Positions 25,811-35,847 of a DNA stretch of 42,033 nucleotides are shown one piece after another (positions within the stretch are counted from its first letter, which is position 1; every line of letters starts with the position of its first letter). The stretch is from Methylococcaceae bacterium (GTDB lineage: Bacteria > Pseudomonadota > Gammaproteobacteria > Methylococcales > Methylomonadaceae). Both the position numbers and the translations under genes were made by a program. The DNA lies in the NCBI GenBank assembly GCA_005779525.1, contig SXIZ01000163.1, positions 1-42,033 of the forward strand, written 5' to 3'. A model generated the notes under the pieces. That model had not been told where the DNA came from. It did no database searches and worked only from the letters and a program-made list of their open reading frames with translations.

Positions 25811-26723
25811 GCGGTGCAGTTGCGCTGGCTAACGTGTAAAAACGGGCGACTACGGTATTGCCATTTCCTTGATATTCTAAGTAATCGAAACTCAATTTTT
25901 TAGCAATGGCGATACCACGTCCATGTAAATCAAAAGCCCGTTCCGATGAAAATTCTAAGTAGCTGCTCCAATCGAAGCCTGTCCCTTGGTCTTGCACAGT
26001 AAATTGTAGAAATTCGGCTTGGCGTTGAAAGTGCACATTCACATAACGCGTCCGATATTCGGGTAATTGTAGGCGACGAGCAATCTCATCATGCCACGTA
26101 TTTTTAAGCAGTAATGCGCCTTTTTCAGCATAAGAGATTTCTAAATTTCCATGCTCTACGGCATTGGTCAGTAGTTCTTGCAACCCTTGGACTGCGCGTT
26201 CGGGTTCGGGACAAGCTTGCGCCAGATAATTGGCGAGCAGGACCGCTTCATCTAAGTTGTGAAAACGAAAGCTTCCCATTTGTAATAATGCCACGGGGCG
26301 CTCTGCACTTCGCACGCTATTAAGCATATTGTTAATATTTTTGGATTGTTCTTCTGCTGCTTTGACAACGGCGAGTAACACTTCAGCCTGAAATGGCTTG
26401 GTCAGATAGTAGTAAGCGCCATGGATTAAGCCTTCGTGAATGCTTTCATGATCACCTTGAGCGGTTTCAATGATGACTGGGGTATTTGCAAAACTGGTAT
26501 CACTTTTAATCCGTCGCAATAATTCCAGGCCATCTAAGCCTGGTAGTCCGCGATCTAACAAAATAATATCGTAAGGCGGTTGGGTCGCTTGTAAATTTTC
26601 CCATGCGGATAAGCCATCCGAGCACACATGGACCGAATATCCTTCACTGGTCAGTAAGTCCTGAATAATGATGGCAATTAGCAATTCATCTTCAGCTAAC
26701 AGAATACGGGTGGGTTGACTCAT
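25803..26723 (-). CDS. response regulator: receiver fused to an RsbW/SpoIIAB-like GHKL (HATPase_c_2-type) domain
   Basis: The ATG at 26723 ([13 protein letters not shown]) overlaps the upstream TGA (ATGA). Receiver [14 protein letters not shown]...KP. C-terminal N-box [14 protein letters not shown]1-like QDQGTGFD, G2-like GRGIAI. Confidence 0.8.
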   Translation of the reverse strand: MSQPTRILLAEDELLIAIIIQDLLTSEGYSVHVCSDGLSAWENLQATQPPYDIILLDRGLPGLDGLELLRRIKSDTSFANTPVIIETAQGDHESIHEGLIHGAYYYLTKPFQAEVLLAVVKAAEEQSKNINNMLNSVRSAERPVALLQMGSFRFHNLDEAVLLANYLAQACPEPERAVQGLQELLTNAVEHGNLEISYAEKGALLLKNTWHDEIARRLQLPEYRTRYVNVHFQRQAEFLQFTVQDQGTGFDWSSYLEFSSERAFDLHGRGIAIAKKLSFDYLEYQGNGNTVVARFYTLASATAPHD

Positions 26724-27829
26724 ATGCTTACTTCCATTTCTGAATCGCGGTAGCGTTCCGCAATTTGACAAAAATTATTAAAATTCTCCAGAAATGCAGT
26801 CGTCATATCCGGATCAAAATGGGTGCCTTGTCCTGCGGCAATAACCTCGCGCGCATGTGCAAATGTCATTGCAGGCTTGTAGACACGTTTGGAAATCAAG
26901 GCATCAAATACATCAGCAATCGCCATAATCCGGGCTGATACCGGAATATTATTGCCGGATAAACCATCAGGGTATCCACTGCCATCCCATTTCTCATGGT
27001 GCCAATGCGATATTTCTTTAGCAAGTGCGAGGAATTCCACTGAGCCCTGAGTATCACGTTCAGCTAATTCAATCGCATCATAACCAAGCTTAGCATGGGT
27101 TTGCATGACCTGCCATTCTGCAGGACTGAGTTTTCCAGGTTTTTGTAAGATGGCATCTGGGATACCGACTTTGCCAATATCATGTAGGGGGGCTGAACGG
27201 CTAAGTAACTTTATGTAGCGCTCATTGAGTGTAGTTTTCAACTGCGGATGCCCCGTTAACAACAGTGCTAATTGGTTAACGTAACCTTGAGTGCGTAAAA
27301 TATGATTTCCAGTTTCAGGATCGCGGGTTTCTGCTAAATGCGCTAAGGCCCGAATACTAACTTCCTGAATAATTTCATTCTCTTCCATTCGTTTATTGAC
27401 TTCAGCTTCCAGCCAGTGATTATGGTAGCTTAAAGCATCTCGGGCGCGCTTTAACTCCAATTGCGTATGAATTCTGGCCAGCACGATTGGAGGGATAATA
27501 GGTTTGGTAATGTAGTCCACCGCTCCCTCGATTAAACCGTGTAATTCTGCGTCCATACTGTCCATCGCACTGACAAAAATAACAGGAATTTCAGCGCTTT
27601 GTGGCTGGTTGCGTAACGCTTGAAGCACCTGATAGCCGTCCATTTCTGGCATCATAATATCTAACAGAATCAGGTCTGGCAGCGGTTGGGTATTCACGAT
27701 GCTTAAGGCTTTGCGACCTGACGTGGCCACGCGCACTCGATACAGTGGTTGCAATAATTCACTGAGTACCGTGAGGTTTTCAGGGGAATCGTCAACAATT
27801 AAAATCGTATGCGGATGGGTTTCGAGCAT
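26720..27829 (-). CDS. response regulator with HD-GYP domain (c-di-GMP phosphodiesterase, RpfG family)
   Basis: 369 aa. Receiver (ILIVDDS, DLILLDIMMPEMDG, KP). HD-GYP motifs HDIGKVGIPD and HHEKWDGSGYPDGL. GGAGAA RBS. Confidence 0.9.
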   Translation of the reverse strand: MLETHPHTILIVDDSPENLTVLSELLQPLYRVRVATSGRKALSIVNTQPLPDLILLDIMMPEMDGYQVLQALRNQPQSAEIPVIFVSAMDSMDAELHGLIEGAVDYITKPIIPPIVLARIHTQLELKRARDALSYHNHWLEAEVNKRMEENEIIQEVSIRALAHLAETRDPETGNHILRTQGYVNQLALLLTGHPQLKTTLNERYIKLLSRSAPLHDIGKVGIPDAILQKPGKLSPAEWQVMQTHAKLGYDAIELAERDTQGSVEFLALAKEISHWHHEKWDGSGYPDGLSGNNIPVSARIMAIADVFDALISKRVYKPAMTFAHAREVIAAGQGTHFDPDMTTAFLENFNNFCQIAERYRDSEMEVSI

Positions 27830-28164
27830 GGGTTCTCCACTGGGGATGCGTCAATAATCTAGCCGTTGAATAGTGCTCCACGTTAGAGCCTGATGGAGGC
27901 TAAGGTTGAATTGTAAAAAGCTGAGGCTTCAATCAGTGTGGCGCTGGTCTATAAAATATAGTTTATAAATAGAATAAAAACCAACTCTATAGCTTTAAAT
28001 TAAGTGCCATTAACTTTGAATGCAAAGTGGGGAAGCCATCATGTTGCTTGACGTTTCCAGTGTGGATTGCTAGCGGCTATAAATTGCCTGCGTTAGGATT
28101 AACATTGGGTATTGGTATAAGCGGTGTGATTTTAAATATATGAAAAATATATTTAAAAATAAAT

Positions 28165-28180
28165 TGGCATGCATGGTGCT
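28165..28180 (+). promoter_or_regulatory. sigma54 (-24/-12) promoter for flgB operon
   Basis: TGGCAT-GCATG-GTGCT compared with consensus TGGCAC-N5-TTGCW. The GG and GC are correctly spaced. Ends 33 nt upstream of the flgB ATG. Confidence 0.65.
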
Positions 28181-28213
28181 TTATATTTTGTAAAGTTTAC
28201 GGAGGTAACCACC

Positions 28214-28621
28214 ATGACTATTAATTTTTCCAATGCTTTGGGTATTCATCCAGATGCGCTACGTTTACGCGAAAAACGTAGTGTGGTGCTGGCGTCTAAT
28301 ATGGCGAATGCAGATACCCCCAATTATAAAGCTGTGGATTTAGATTTTCAGTCTGTACTGAAACAAACCACAGACGAAGAGCAGCGTAAACATTTACGCC
28401 TGGAAACTACGCACCCAGCACATATCGCGCCGCCACAATTGTCTTTAAACGGCGAATTGCTCTATCGTAATCCGAATCAGCCAGCCATTGATGGTAATAC
28501 CGTAGAAGCGCATGTGGAGCAGGCAAAGTATTCAGAAAATGCGGTGCAATATCAAGCCAGTTTGCGCTTTATTAATGGCAGCTTTGCTGATTTAAAAACG
28601 GCACTTAGAGGAGGGCAATAA
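28214..28621 (+). CDS. flgB: flagellar basal-body rod protein FlgB
   Basis: The ATG at 28214 lies 8 nt after GGAGG. 135 aa. Motif ASNMANADTPNYKA. Confidence 0.92.
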   Translation: MTINFSNALGIHPDALRLREKRSVVLASNMANADTPNYKAVDLDFQSVLKQTTDEEQRKHLRLETTHPAHIAPPQLSLNGELLYRNPNQPAIDGNTVEAHVEQAKYSENAVQYQASLRFINGSFADLKTALRGGQ

Positions 28622-28623
28622 CC

Positions 28624-29040
28624 ATGTCCGCATTTAAAATTTTCGATATTGCTGGTAGCGGCATGAATGCGCAAAATCTGCGTCTGAATATAGTGGCCAG
28701 TAATATTTCCAACGCAAACAGTGTCAGTAGCAGTATTGAACAAACCTACAAATCTAGGCAGCCCGTGTTTGCGGCAGAATTACAAAATCTGAAAGATAAA
28801 CAATTACAACCTAGCCGCGTCAATGTTTTGGGGGTAGTCGAAAGTCAAGCACCGCTGGTGATGGAATATGCGCCTAATCATCCTATGGCAGATGCACAGG
28901 GCTATATCTTTAAACCTAATGTCAATACCGTAGAAGAAATGGCCAATATGATGTCGGCCTCGCGTTCGTATCAAAACAATGTTGAAGTCCTGGATACCGC
29001 GAAATCGATGATGTTACAAACTTTAAAAATGGGGCAATAG
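28624..29040 (+). CDS. flgC: flagellar basal-body rod protein FlgC
   Basis: 138 aa. MNAQNLRLNIVASNISNANS and C-terminal SYQNNVEVL. Confidence 0.95.
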   Translation: MSAFKIFDIAGSGMNAQNLRLNIVASNISNANSVSSSIEQTYKSRQPVFAAELQNLKDKQLQPSRVNVLGVVESQAPLVMEYAPNHPMADAQGYIFKPNVNTVEEMANMMSASRSYQNNVEVLDTAKSMMLQTLKMGQ

Positions 29041-29052
29041 GGAGAATAGACT

Positions 29053-29766
29053 ATGACCAATACCACCAGTACCTCAGCCCCAGCGGCTTTTGATTATGCC
29101 AGCTTAACCCGAGTCGAGAAGCCAGCCACTGCGACTAAAGTGACCAGTACTACCCCGAGTGGGACTTTAAGCCAAAATCAGTTTTTGAAATTATTGACTA
29201 CGCAAATGACGCATCAAGATCCTTCTAAACCGATGGAAGATGGCAGTTTTTTGACGCAATTAGCGCAATTTGGCACGGTGCAAGGCGTGCAGGATTTACA
29301 AAAATCCTTTACCGATTTTTCCAGTTCTATTACTTCAGGCCAAGCGTTGCAAGCTTCTGGCTTGGTTGGACATTATGTCTCTGTGCCTGCTAGTCAAGGT
29401 GTGTTGGAAAGCAACAAAGATTTGTCCGGGACAATTCATTTGAGTGGCAGTACCCCGAACTTGCAAGTCAAAATCATCGATCCTAAAACGGGTGAACTGA
29501 TTCAAACGATGAAGTTGGGTAATGCTGCGCAAGGGGATGTTCCATTTAGTTGGGATGGCACCAATGCTAAGGGACTACCTGCCAATCCAGGATTATACAA
29601 AATAGAGGCTTCGGCCTTGATAGACAACAAAAATACTGTGTTAGCCACCGATATTGAGTCGAAAGTGGATAGCGTCAATATTGGAGCAGGCGTGGCTGGC
29701 TTAACCGTCAATTTGGCGGGAAATGCAGGCAGCGTCAATTTTAATAAAATTACACAAGTTCTTTAA
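29053..29766 (+). CDS. flgD: flagellar hook assembly/capping protein FlgD
   Basis: 237 aa. FLKLLTTQMTHQDPSKPMED motif, and position between flgC and flgE. Confidence 0.92.
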   Translation: MTNTTSTSAPAAFDYASLTRVEKPATATKVTSTTPSGTLSQNQFLKLLTTQMTHQDPSKPMEDGSFLTQLAQFGTVQGVQDLQKSFTDFSSSITSGQALQASGLVGHYVSVPASQGVLESNKDLSGTIHLSGSTPNLQVKIIDPKTGELIQTMKLGNAAQGDVPFSWDGTNAKGLPANPGLYKIEASALIDNKNTVLATDIESKVDSVNIGAGVAGLTVNLAGNAGSVNFNKITQVL

Positions 29767-29784
29767 GATTTTTGGAGGTGTGAC

Positions 29785-31215
29785 ATGGGTTTCGAAACAG
29801 CACTGAGCGGCTTAAAATCATCAGCCGTCAATTTACAAACCATTGGTAATAATATTGCTAACTCTCAAACGGTAGGCTTTAAGCAGTCTCGGGCAGAATT
29901 TGCCGATGTCTATGCCAGCAGTATCGGTGGTGTAAGCAAAACGCAACCGGGTGCCGGAGTGAAAGTCACCCAGGTAGCACAACAGTTTATTCAGGGGAAT
30001 ATTGAGCCTACCCAAAATAGTTTGGATTTGGCGATCAGCGGCAATGGTTTTTTTGCTTTGGCAGATTCTATTGACGCCGCAGCGACCTCTAATTTGGTCG
30101 GTGGGTCAACGTCTAACCCGGCAATACCTACAGCATATACTCGGAATGGTGCATTTCAGCTGGATAAATCTGGCAATGTGATTAACGCTCAGGGTCGGTA
30201 TTTATTGGCGTTTTCACCCAATGGCACCACTGTAGACGAAGGTTTTAGTGTCGGGGTGTTTAAACCGCTGAAAATTGATACTTCGCAAGGTTTGCCGATT
30301 GCTACTAAAAACGTCAATCTTAAAGTCAATCTGGATGGCAGTTTGACGGCCCCTTCAAGTGGTTTTGATTTTCTACCGGGAACCAATACTCCTAATCCTG
30401 CGACCTACAACAATACCACGTCTATTACCACTTATGACTCGCAAGGTAATTCGCATATCGCGACCACTTATTTTGTCAAAACCGCCAATCCCAATGAATG
30501 GAATGCCTATTTCTTCCTCGATGGACGCAGTATTACCCCCGGCACGCAGGCGGCTCCGGCGGATCCAACCAATGGAACGCCTGCAACCATCGCATCGGGT
30601 TCTGTAGTCGAGCCACTGGGTACAATTTCGGCATCACCTTTAAGAGTGTCTTTTAACGCTTCCGGCAAATTATTGCCTGTGGTCAGTAATCCTCCCAGTA
30701 CTGTAACAGGAGTGACGACTATCGATTTTGGTGATATTAATTTAGCGGATATTGATCCAAATCTCAGTGTCGATCCGTTATCGATTCGCTTCGACTATAG
30801 CGGCAGTACCCAATTTTCCACACCCTTCAGTGTGAATGGTTTGGATCAAAATGGTGCTCCTGCAGGTAATTTAACGGGTGTGGATGTCGATAAACAAGGA
30901 GTGGTGTTTGCGCGTTACAGTAACGGTGGTGCCAAAGTTTTGGGCCAAGTCGCCTTGGCACGCTTTCAAAGTGATCAGTCCTTGGCGAAATTAGGAGATA
31001 CGACTTGGGGAACCTCGTCTGACTCAGGTGCTCCAGTGTATGGTGCGGCAGGTAGCAATAACTTTGGTACGATGCAATCAGCGGCCTTAGAAGGTTCGAA
31101 TGTGGATTTAGCAGAACAATTAGTTAAATTAATTGTGGCGCAACAATCCTATCAAGCCAACTCACAAACGGTCACCACCGAAAAATCCTTGATTGAAACC
31201 ATTCTAAGAGCGTAA
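29785..31215 (+). CDS. flgE: flagellar hook protein FlgE
   Basis: 476 aa. N-terminus MGFETALSGLKSSAVNLQTIGNNIANSQTVGFK and C-terminus SNVDLAEQLVKLIVAQQSYQANSQ. Confidence 0.95.
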   Translation: MGFETALSGLKSSAVNLQTIGNNIANSQTVGFKQSRAEFADVYASSIGGVSKTQPGAGVKVTQVAQQFIQGNIEPTQNSLDLAISGNGFFALADSIDAAATSNLVGGSTSNPAIPTAYTRNGAFQLDKSGNVINAQGRYLLAFSPNGTTVDEGFSVGVFKPLKIDTSQGLPIATKNVNLKVNLDGSLTAPSSGFDFLPGTNTPNPATYNNTTSITTYDSQGNSHIATTYFVKTANPNEWNAYFFLDGRSITPGTQAAPADPTNGTPATIASGSVVEPLGTISASPLRVSFNASGKLLPVVSNPPSTVTGVTTIDFGDINLADIDPNLSVDPLSIRFDYSGSTQFSTPFSVNGLDQNGAPAGNLTGVDVDKQGVVFARYSNGGAKVLGQVALARFQSDQSLAKLGDTTWGTSSDSGAPVYGAAGSNNFGTMQSAALEGSNVDLAEQLVKLIVAQQSYQANSQTVTTEKSLIETILRA

Positions 31216-31268
31216 GCAGCAGCAAGTTTAGCGTAGCTTTCGCTACGTGGGGATTCAATATTCATTAA

Positions 31269-31310
31269 GCGTGGGGCGTGCCAACGTCTCCACGCAATAG
31301 TTATTTTTTT
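31269..31310 (+). terminator. possible partial terminator/attenuator after flgE
   Basis: GCGTGG (31269-31274) pairs with CCACGC (31290-31295), followed 8 nt later by T7 (31304-31310). A second small hairpin lies at 31231-31248. Weak geometry. Confidence 0.3.
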
Positions 31311-31323
31311 CAGGAGGTGTCGC

Positions 31324-32085
31324 ATGGACAGAAGCTTATATATTGCCATGAGCGGAGCCACGCAGACCTTATTATCACAAACTGCCAATGCCAATAATTT
31401 GGCGAACACGCAGTCTACTGGTTTTAAATCCGATTTCGAACAATTTCGTAGCCAACCCGTATTTGGTCCTGGCTTTCCAACGCGGGTCTATGCGATGAGT
31501 GAGCGACCCGCGACGGATTTTGATGCTGGCCCTTTGGAAACTACAGGTAATCCCATGGACGTTGCCATTAAAGGTGACGGCTGGATTGCAGTGCGGGATG
31601 CGCAAAACCAAGAAGCGTATACCCGTGCGGGGGATTTAAAAGTCACGCCCCAAGGTCAATTGTTGACGAACGATGGTTTGCCGGTCATCGGCAATACTGG
31701 GCCGATTGCCCTGCCTGCCTATGACAAACTGATGATCGGGGATGATGGTACCTTGAGTATTATTCCGGCAGGCGGTAACGCTGCGGCGACCGTGGTGGTG
31801 GATCGGATTAAATTGGTCAATCCCACACCTGGCGATTTGGAAAAACAAAATGATGGACTGATGCATTTAAAACCGCCAGCACCCGGTCAAGCGCCACGCC
31901 CACCCGTGGCTGCCGATGCCAATGTCATGCTAATTCAGGGGGCGCTTGAAGGTAGTAACGTCAGTGCGGTCAATGCTATGGTGGAAATGATTGAATTAGC
32001 ACGTAATTTTGAATTGCAAACCCAAGTCATGAAAACTGCACACGATGATTCCGGTGTGGCTGCTCGATTAATGAGAATGGCATGA
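31324..32085 (+). CDS. flgF: flagellar basal-body rod protein FlgF
   Basis: 253 aa. MDRSLYIAMSGATQTLLSQTANANNLANTQSTGFK and C-terminal EGSNVSAVNAMVEMIELAR. Confidence 0.93.
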   Translation: MDRSLYIAMSGATQTLLSQTANANNLANTQSTGFKSDFEQFRSQPVFGPGFPTRVYAMSERPATDFDAGPLETTGNPMDVAIKGDGWIAVRDAQNQEAYTRAGDLKVTPQGQLLTNDGLPVIGNTGPIALPAYDKLMIGDDGTLSIIPAGGNAAATVVVDRIKLVNPTPGDLEKQNDGLMHLKPPAPGQAPRPPVAADANVMLIQGALEGSNVSAVNAMVEMIELARNFELQTQVMKTAHDDSGVAARLMRMA

Positions 32086-32183
32086 AACCTGCAGCTATTA
32101 AATTAAAAGCTGCATCCGTCAATTTTTTAACGCTTAGAGCGCTGAAGGAGGAGCAGCATCACTTAGATTTTTAGGAGACTGTC

Positions 32184-32969
32184 ATGACAGAACGAGCCTT
32201 ATGGGTAGCTAAAACAGGATTAGACGCCCAACAAACCCGCATGGCGGTGATTTCAAACAACTTAGCCAACGTCAATACCACGGGATACAAACAATCCCGT
32301 GCTGCCTTTGAAGATTTAATTTATCAAAATATTCGCCAAAGTGGCGGACAAACCTCACAAAACACGCTGTTGCCTTCCGGTCTGCAATTAGGCACCGGGG
32401 TTAATATCGTTGCCACTGAAAAATTACATACGCAAGGCAATATTCAACAAACAGGTAACCATTTGGATATGGCCATCAATGGTCGCGGATTTTTTCAAAT
32501 CTTGCTTCCGAATGGTGATATCGGCTACAGCCGTGATGGTTCCTTTACTTTAGATTCCACTGGACAGGTGGTGAATTCCAGTGGTTATCCCTTAGAGCCC
32601 GCGATTACCATTCCGCAAGATATTCAAGATGGCAGTTTGTCTATTGGTACCGATGGTACGGTGACCGTTACGCAAGCAGGTGCCAGCAATAACCTCGGAC
32701 AAATACAGCTAGCAGATTTTGTTAATCCCACGGGGCTGGACTCGATTGGGAATAACTTATTTAAAGAAACCGCTTCCAGCGGAGCACCTACGGTGGCAGC
32801 GCCCACCGACCAAGGGTTGGGTACCGTGATTCAAGCATCGCTAGAGACTTCTAACGTCAATGTAGTAGAAGAACTGGTGAATATGATTGAAACTCAACGC
32901 GCCTACGAAATGAATTCCAAAGCCATTTCGACTACAGACCAAATGTTGTCTGAATTGAAAAATATGTAA
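32184..32969 (+). CDS. flgG: flagellar distal rod protein FlgG
   Basis: 261 aa. [32 protein letters not shown] and [26 protein letters not shown]. Confidence 0.96.
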   Translation: MTERALWVAKTGLDAQQTRMAVISNNLANVNTTGYKQSRAAFEDLIYQNIRQSGGQTSQNTLLPSGLQLGTGVNIVATEKLHTQGNIQQTGNHLDMAINGRGFFQILLPNGDIGYSRDGSFTLDSTGQVVNSSGYPLEPAITIPQDIQDGSLSIGTDGTVTVTQAGASNNLGQIQLADFVNPTGLDSIGNNLFKETASSGAPTVAAPTDQGLGTVIQASLETSNVNVVEELVNMIETQRAYEMNSKAISTTDQMLSELKNM

Positions 32970-32986
32970 GGTAGGGGAGAACAGTC

Positions 32987-33661
32987 ATGCACATCATTAA
33001 ATTAAGTGGATACCTATTAGCAGCATGTTTGCTGAACGCCTGTGAAAACGTGCAAGAACGCGATCCGAATTTTGCACCCGTCGAACCTGCCTATCTAAAG
33101 CCGCCTGCACAAAATACTGGCTCAATTTACCAATCCGGCTATGACGTCAGCTTGTTTGAAGATCATAGTTCCAGACGCGTTGGCGATATATTGACCGTGA
33201 CCTTGGCAGAAAGTACTAGGGCTAATAAAAAATCCGATTTAACCGACTCTAAAAGTACCTCCATTTCTGCCAAAGTACCGTCCTTTTTCGGCGTGCAACC
33301 TGGGACCATCTTGGGTCAGGATGTTTCTACCGAAGTCGCTACCAGCGATACCTTTAAAGGAGCGGGCGCCGCCGACCAAAGTAACAATTTAGTCGGTGAT
33401 TTAACTGTGACCGTGGTCGAAGTTTTGCCGAATAAAAATTTAAAAATTCGGGGCGAAAAACGGGTCACCTTAAACCGCGGTAGTGAATATATTAGGCTTT
33501 CCGGCATGGTCAGACCGATAGACATCGATGCGAATAATTCGGTATCGTCTACCAAAGTTGCAGATGCCACTATTATGTATACCGGAGATGGCGCGGTCGC
33601 CGATGCCAGTAAAGTCGGTTGGCTAGGACGCTTTTTCTTAAGTCCGTTTTTTCCTTTTTAG
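32987..33661 (+). CDS. flgH: flagellar L-ring lipoprotein FlgH
   Basis: 224 aa. Lipobox LLNAC. Motifs [11 protein letters not shown] and [10 protein letters not shown]. Confidence 0.93.
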   Translation: MHIIKLSGYLLAACLLNACENVQERDPNFAPVEPAYLKPPAQNTGSIYQSGYDVSLFEDHSSRRVGDILTVTLAESTRANKKSDLTDSKSTSISAKVPSFFGVQPGTILGQDVSTEVATSDTFKGAGAADQSNNLVGDLTVTVVEVLPNKNLKIRGEKRVTLNRGSEYIRLSGMVRPIDIDANNSVSSTKVADATIMYTGDGAVADASKVGWLGRFFLSPFFPF

Positions 33662-33672
33662 TGGTTAAGGTC

Positions 33673-34785
33673 ATGAAATTCTCATCTACACAATTAACTG
33701 GCAGTCTGTTATTGGCGATGATGTTCGCTGCACCTGCCTACGCCGAGCGCATTAAAGACATGGCGTCTATCGCCGGAGTGCGCAGTAACCAATTAGTGGG
33801 TTACGGTTTAGTGGTTGGTTTAGATCGTTCAGGCGATAAAACCAGATTTACCGGGCAAAGCATGCGCAATATGTTGGCGCAACTCGGGGTGCTATTGCCC
33901 CCTGGTTTAGACCCGAAATCCCGCAATATTGCTGCCGTCGCGATTAGTGCGGATTTACCACCGTTTGCTAAACCCGGCCAAAAAATTGACGTCACCGTAT
34001 CTTCAGTCGGCGATGCCAAAAGCTTACGTGGCGGGACCTTATTAATGAGTCCTTTAAAAGGTGCTGATGGTAGCGTTTATGCCGTAGCACAAGGCAATTT
34101 AGTCGTCGGTGGCTTAAGTGCCAATGGGAACGATGGCTCTAAAATTACCGTTAATAATCCTAGTGTCGGCCGTATTCCGGGCGGGGCGAATGTAGAACGC
34201 ACCGTACCCACGCCCTTTGCACAAGGCGGTAATGAGCTGATTTTTAATTTGCATGAAGCCGATTTTATGACTGCCAGCCGCATGGTGGAAACCATTAATA
34301 AACAACTCGGTCCGAATACCGCGCGTGCAATTGATGCCAGTTCTGTACGCGTCAACGCACCCGCCGATCCTGGTCAACGTGTGAGTTTTGCGGCTGTGGT
34401 TGAGAATATGCAAGTTGATGCTGATGAAGCCCCAGCTAAAATTATTGTCAATTCACGTTCTGGTACCGTTGTGATTAATGGCAAAGTCACGGTAAGACCT
34501 GCGGCGGTATCGCACGGTAGTTTGACCGTGACTATTAACGAAAATCCACAAGTTAGCCAACCCAATGCCTTTTCCGGTCCGGGGGCGCAAACCACGGTTA
34601 CGCCTAAATCAGAGATTAAAGTCTCTGAAGGTAATAATCATATGTTTGTGTTTAACCCTGGGGTGTCCTTGGATGAGATCGTCAGATCGGTGAACAATGT
34701 AGGCGCAGGTCCAAGTGACTTGGTGGCTATTTTGGAAGCCCTGAAATCCGCTGGCGCCCTACGTGCTGAGTTGATTGTAATTTAA
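33673..34785 (+). CDS. flgI: flagellar P-ring protein FlgI
   Basis: The ATG at 33673 gives a signal peptide ending AYA/ERIKD. Motifs [17 protein letters not shown] and C-terminal [15 protein letters not shown]. Confidence 0.95.
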   Translation: MKFSSTQLTGSLLLAMMFAAPAYAERIKDMASIAGVRSNQLVGYGLVVGLDRSGDKTRFTGQSMRNMLAQLGVLLPPGLDPKSRNIAAVAISADLPPFAKPGQKIDVTVSSVGDAKSLRGGTLLMSPLKGADGSVYAVAQGNLVVGGLSANGNDGSKITVNNPSVGRIPGGANVERTVPTPFAQGGNELIFNLHEADFMTASRMVETINKQLGPNTARAIDASSVRVNAPADPGQRVSFAAVVENMQVDADEAPAKIIVNSRSGTVVINGKVTVRPAAVSHGSLTVTINENPQVSQPNAFSGPGAQTTVTPKSEIKVSEGNNHMFVFNPGVSLDEIVRSVNNVGAGPSDLVAILEALKSAGALRAELIVI

Positions 34786-34818
34786 TGTGGCAGCGCAGCG
34801 GGAGCCAAGGGGGAGGTC

Positions 34819-35835
34819 ATGCTAAATATCAATAACAGTGATGTCTATACCGACCTCAATAGCTTGGCGCAATTAAAAACCGCAGCCCGCGAAAATGCGC
34901 CCGCAGCCTTACAAAAAGTTGCGAAACAGTTTGAATCGGTGTTTTTGAATATGGTATTGAAAAGCATGCGGCAAGCGAAGCTCGGTGATGGCATGCTTGA
35001 TAGTGAGCAAAGTAAGTTTTATCAAGATATGTATGATCAACAATTATCAGTCAATTTAGCGGGTAATGTGGGTTTGGCGGACATGATTGTGCAACAGCTT
35101 AGTCCCAAAAAAACCAATGAGATCAGCGTGAGTAAAGATTTACAGGACTACTTACAACACCCGGTATTGGCGCAGCAAAACGCACTGGCACCGGAAACAA
35201 TCCTAGTGGATGCGGAAACGGGTAAAGTTGCCCGTTCTCGTTTTGCCGCGCAACATTATCCGCAAGCCAATTTTGGTGAAGTGGATGATATTCAAGCCAT
35301 CGAAGAACATTTTGAACCAAGCAGCGTTGTGCAATCAAAACAACAATTTTTGGCGCAGTTATTACCTATGGCAGAAGCTGCAGCGCAAGAGCTGGGGGTA
35401 GAACCGAAAGTGTTGTTGGCGCAAGCTGCGTTGGAAACGCGCTGGGGACAAGCAGTGATTAAACAGCGCGATGGTCGCAGTACTTATAATTTATTTAATA
35501 TTAAAGCCTCCAAAGCTTGGCAAGGACAGCAAGCCAGCGTTTCTACCTTGGAGTTTGAACAAGGGGTTCCGCGTAAAGTGATTTCAGGGTTTCGAGCATA
35601 TCACTCTTATGCAGAGAGCTTTCAGGATTATGTGGCATTTATCAAAACCAATCCCCGGTATCAAGAAGCGTTGCAATACGTCGATGATCCCAAAAAATAC
35701 ATGCAAAAATTGCAACAAGCAGGTTATGCGACGGATCCGCAATACGCAAGTAAAGTGATGGCGATTTATCACGGTCAAACCTTTGCCGGATATACGCCTG
35801 AAATTGCACAGGCTGTGCAAGCAGACAGAGGTTAG
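34819..35835 (+). CDS. flgJ: flagellar rod-assembly protein / peptidoglycan hydrolase FlgJ
   Basis: 338 aa. N-terminal rod-binding motif FESVFLNMVLKSMR. C-terminal glucosaminidase domain (AALETRWGQ, YNLFNIKA, GYATDPQYA). Confidence 0.92.
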   Translation: MLNINNSDVYTDLNSLAQLKTAARENAPAALQKVAKQFESVFLNMVLKSMRQAKLGDGMLDSEQSKFYQDMYDQQLSVNLAGNVGLADMIVQQLSPKKTNEISVSKDLQDYLQHPVLAQQNALAPETILVDAETGKVARSRFAAQHYPQANFGEVDDIQAIEEHFEPSSVVQSKQQFLAQLLPMAEAAAQELGVEPKVLLAQAALETRWGQAVIKQRDGRSTYNLFNIKASKAWQGQQASVSTLEFEQGVPRKVISGFRAYHSYAESFQDYVAFIKTNPRYQEALQYVDDPKKYMQKLQQAGYATDPQYASKVMAIYHGQTFAGYTPEIAQAVQADRG

Positions 35836-35847
35836 GAGGATAAAGCA

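Noticed and set aside
28169-28213. N-terminal extensions proposed by the ORF track (28169 for flgB, 33619 for flgI, 26771 for the REC-GHKL gene, 5062 for cheY, 20716 for the cytochrome, 4592 TTG for leuC, 13941 GTG for cheB)
   Set aside because: Internal ATGs give N-termini matching the families and have RBS-like sequences. Several of the longer starts would overlap a promoter or the preceding gene extensively.
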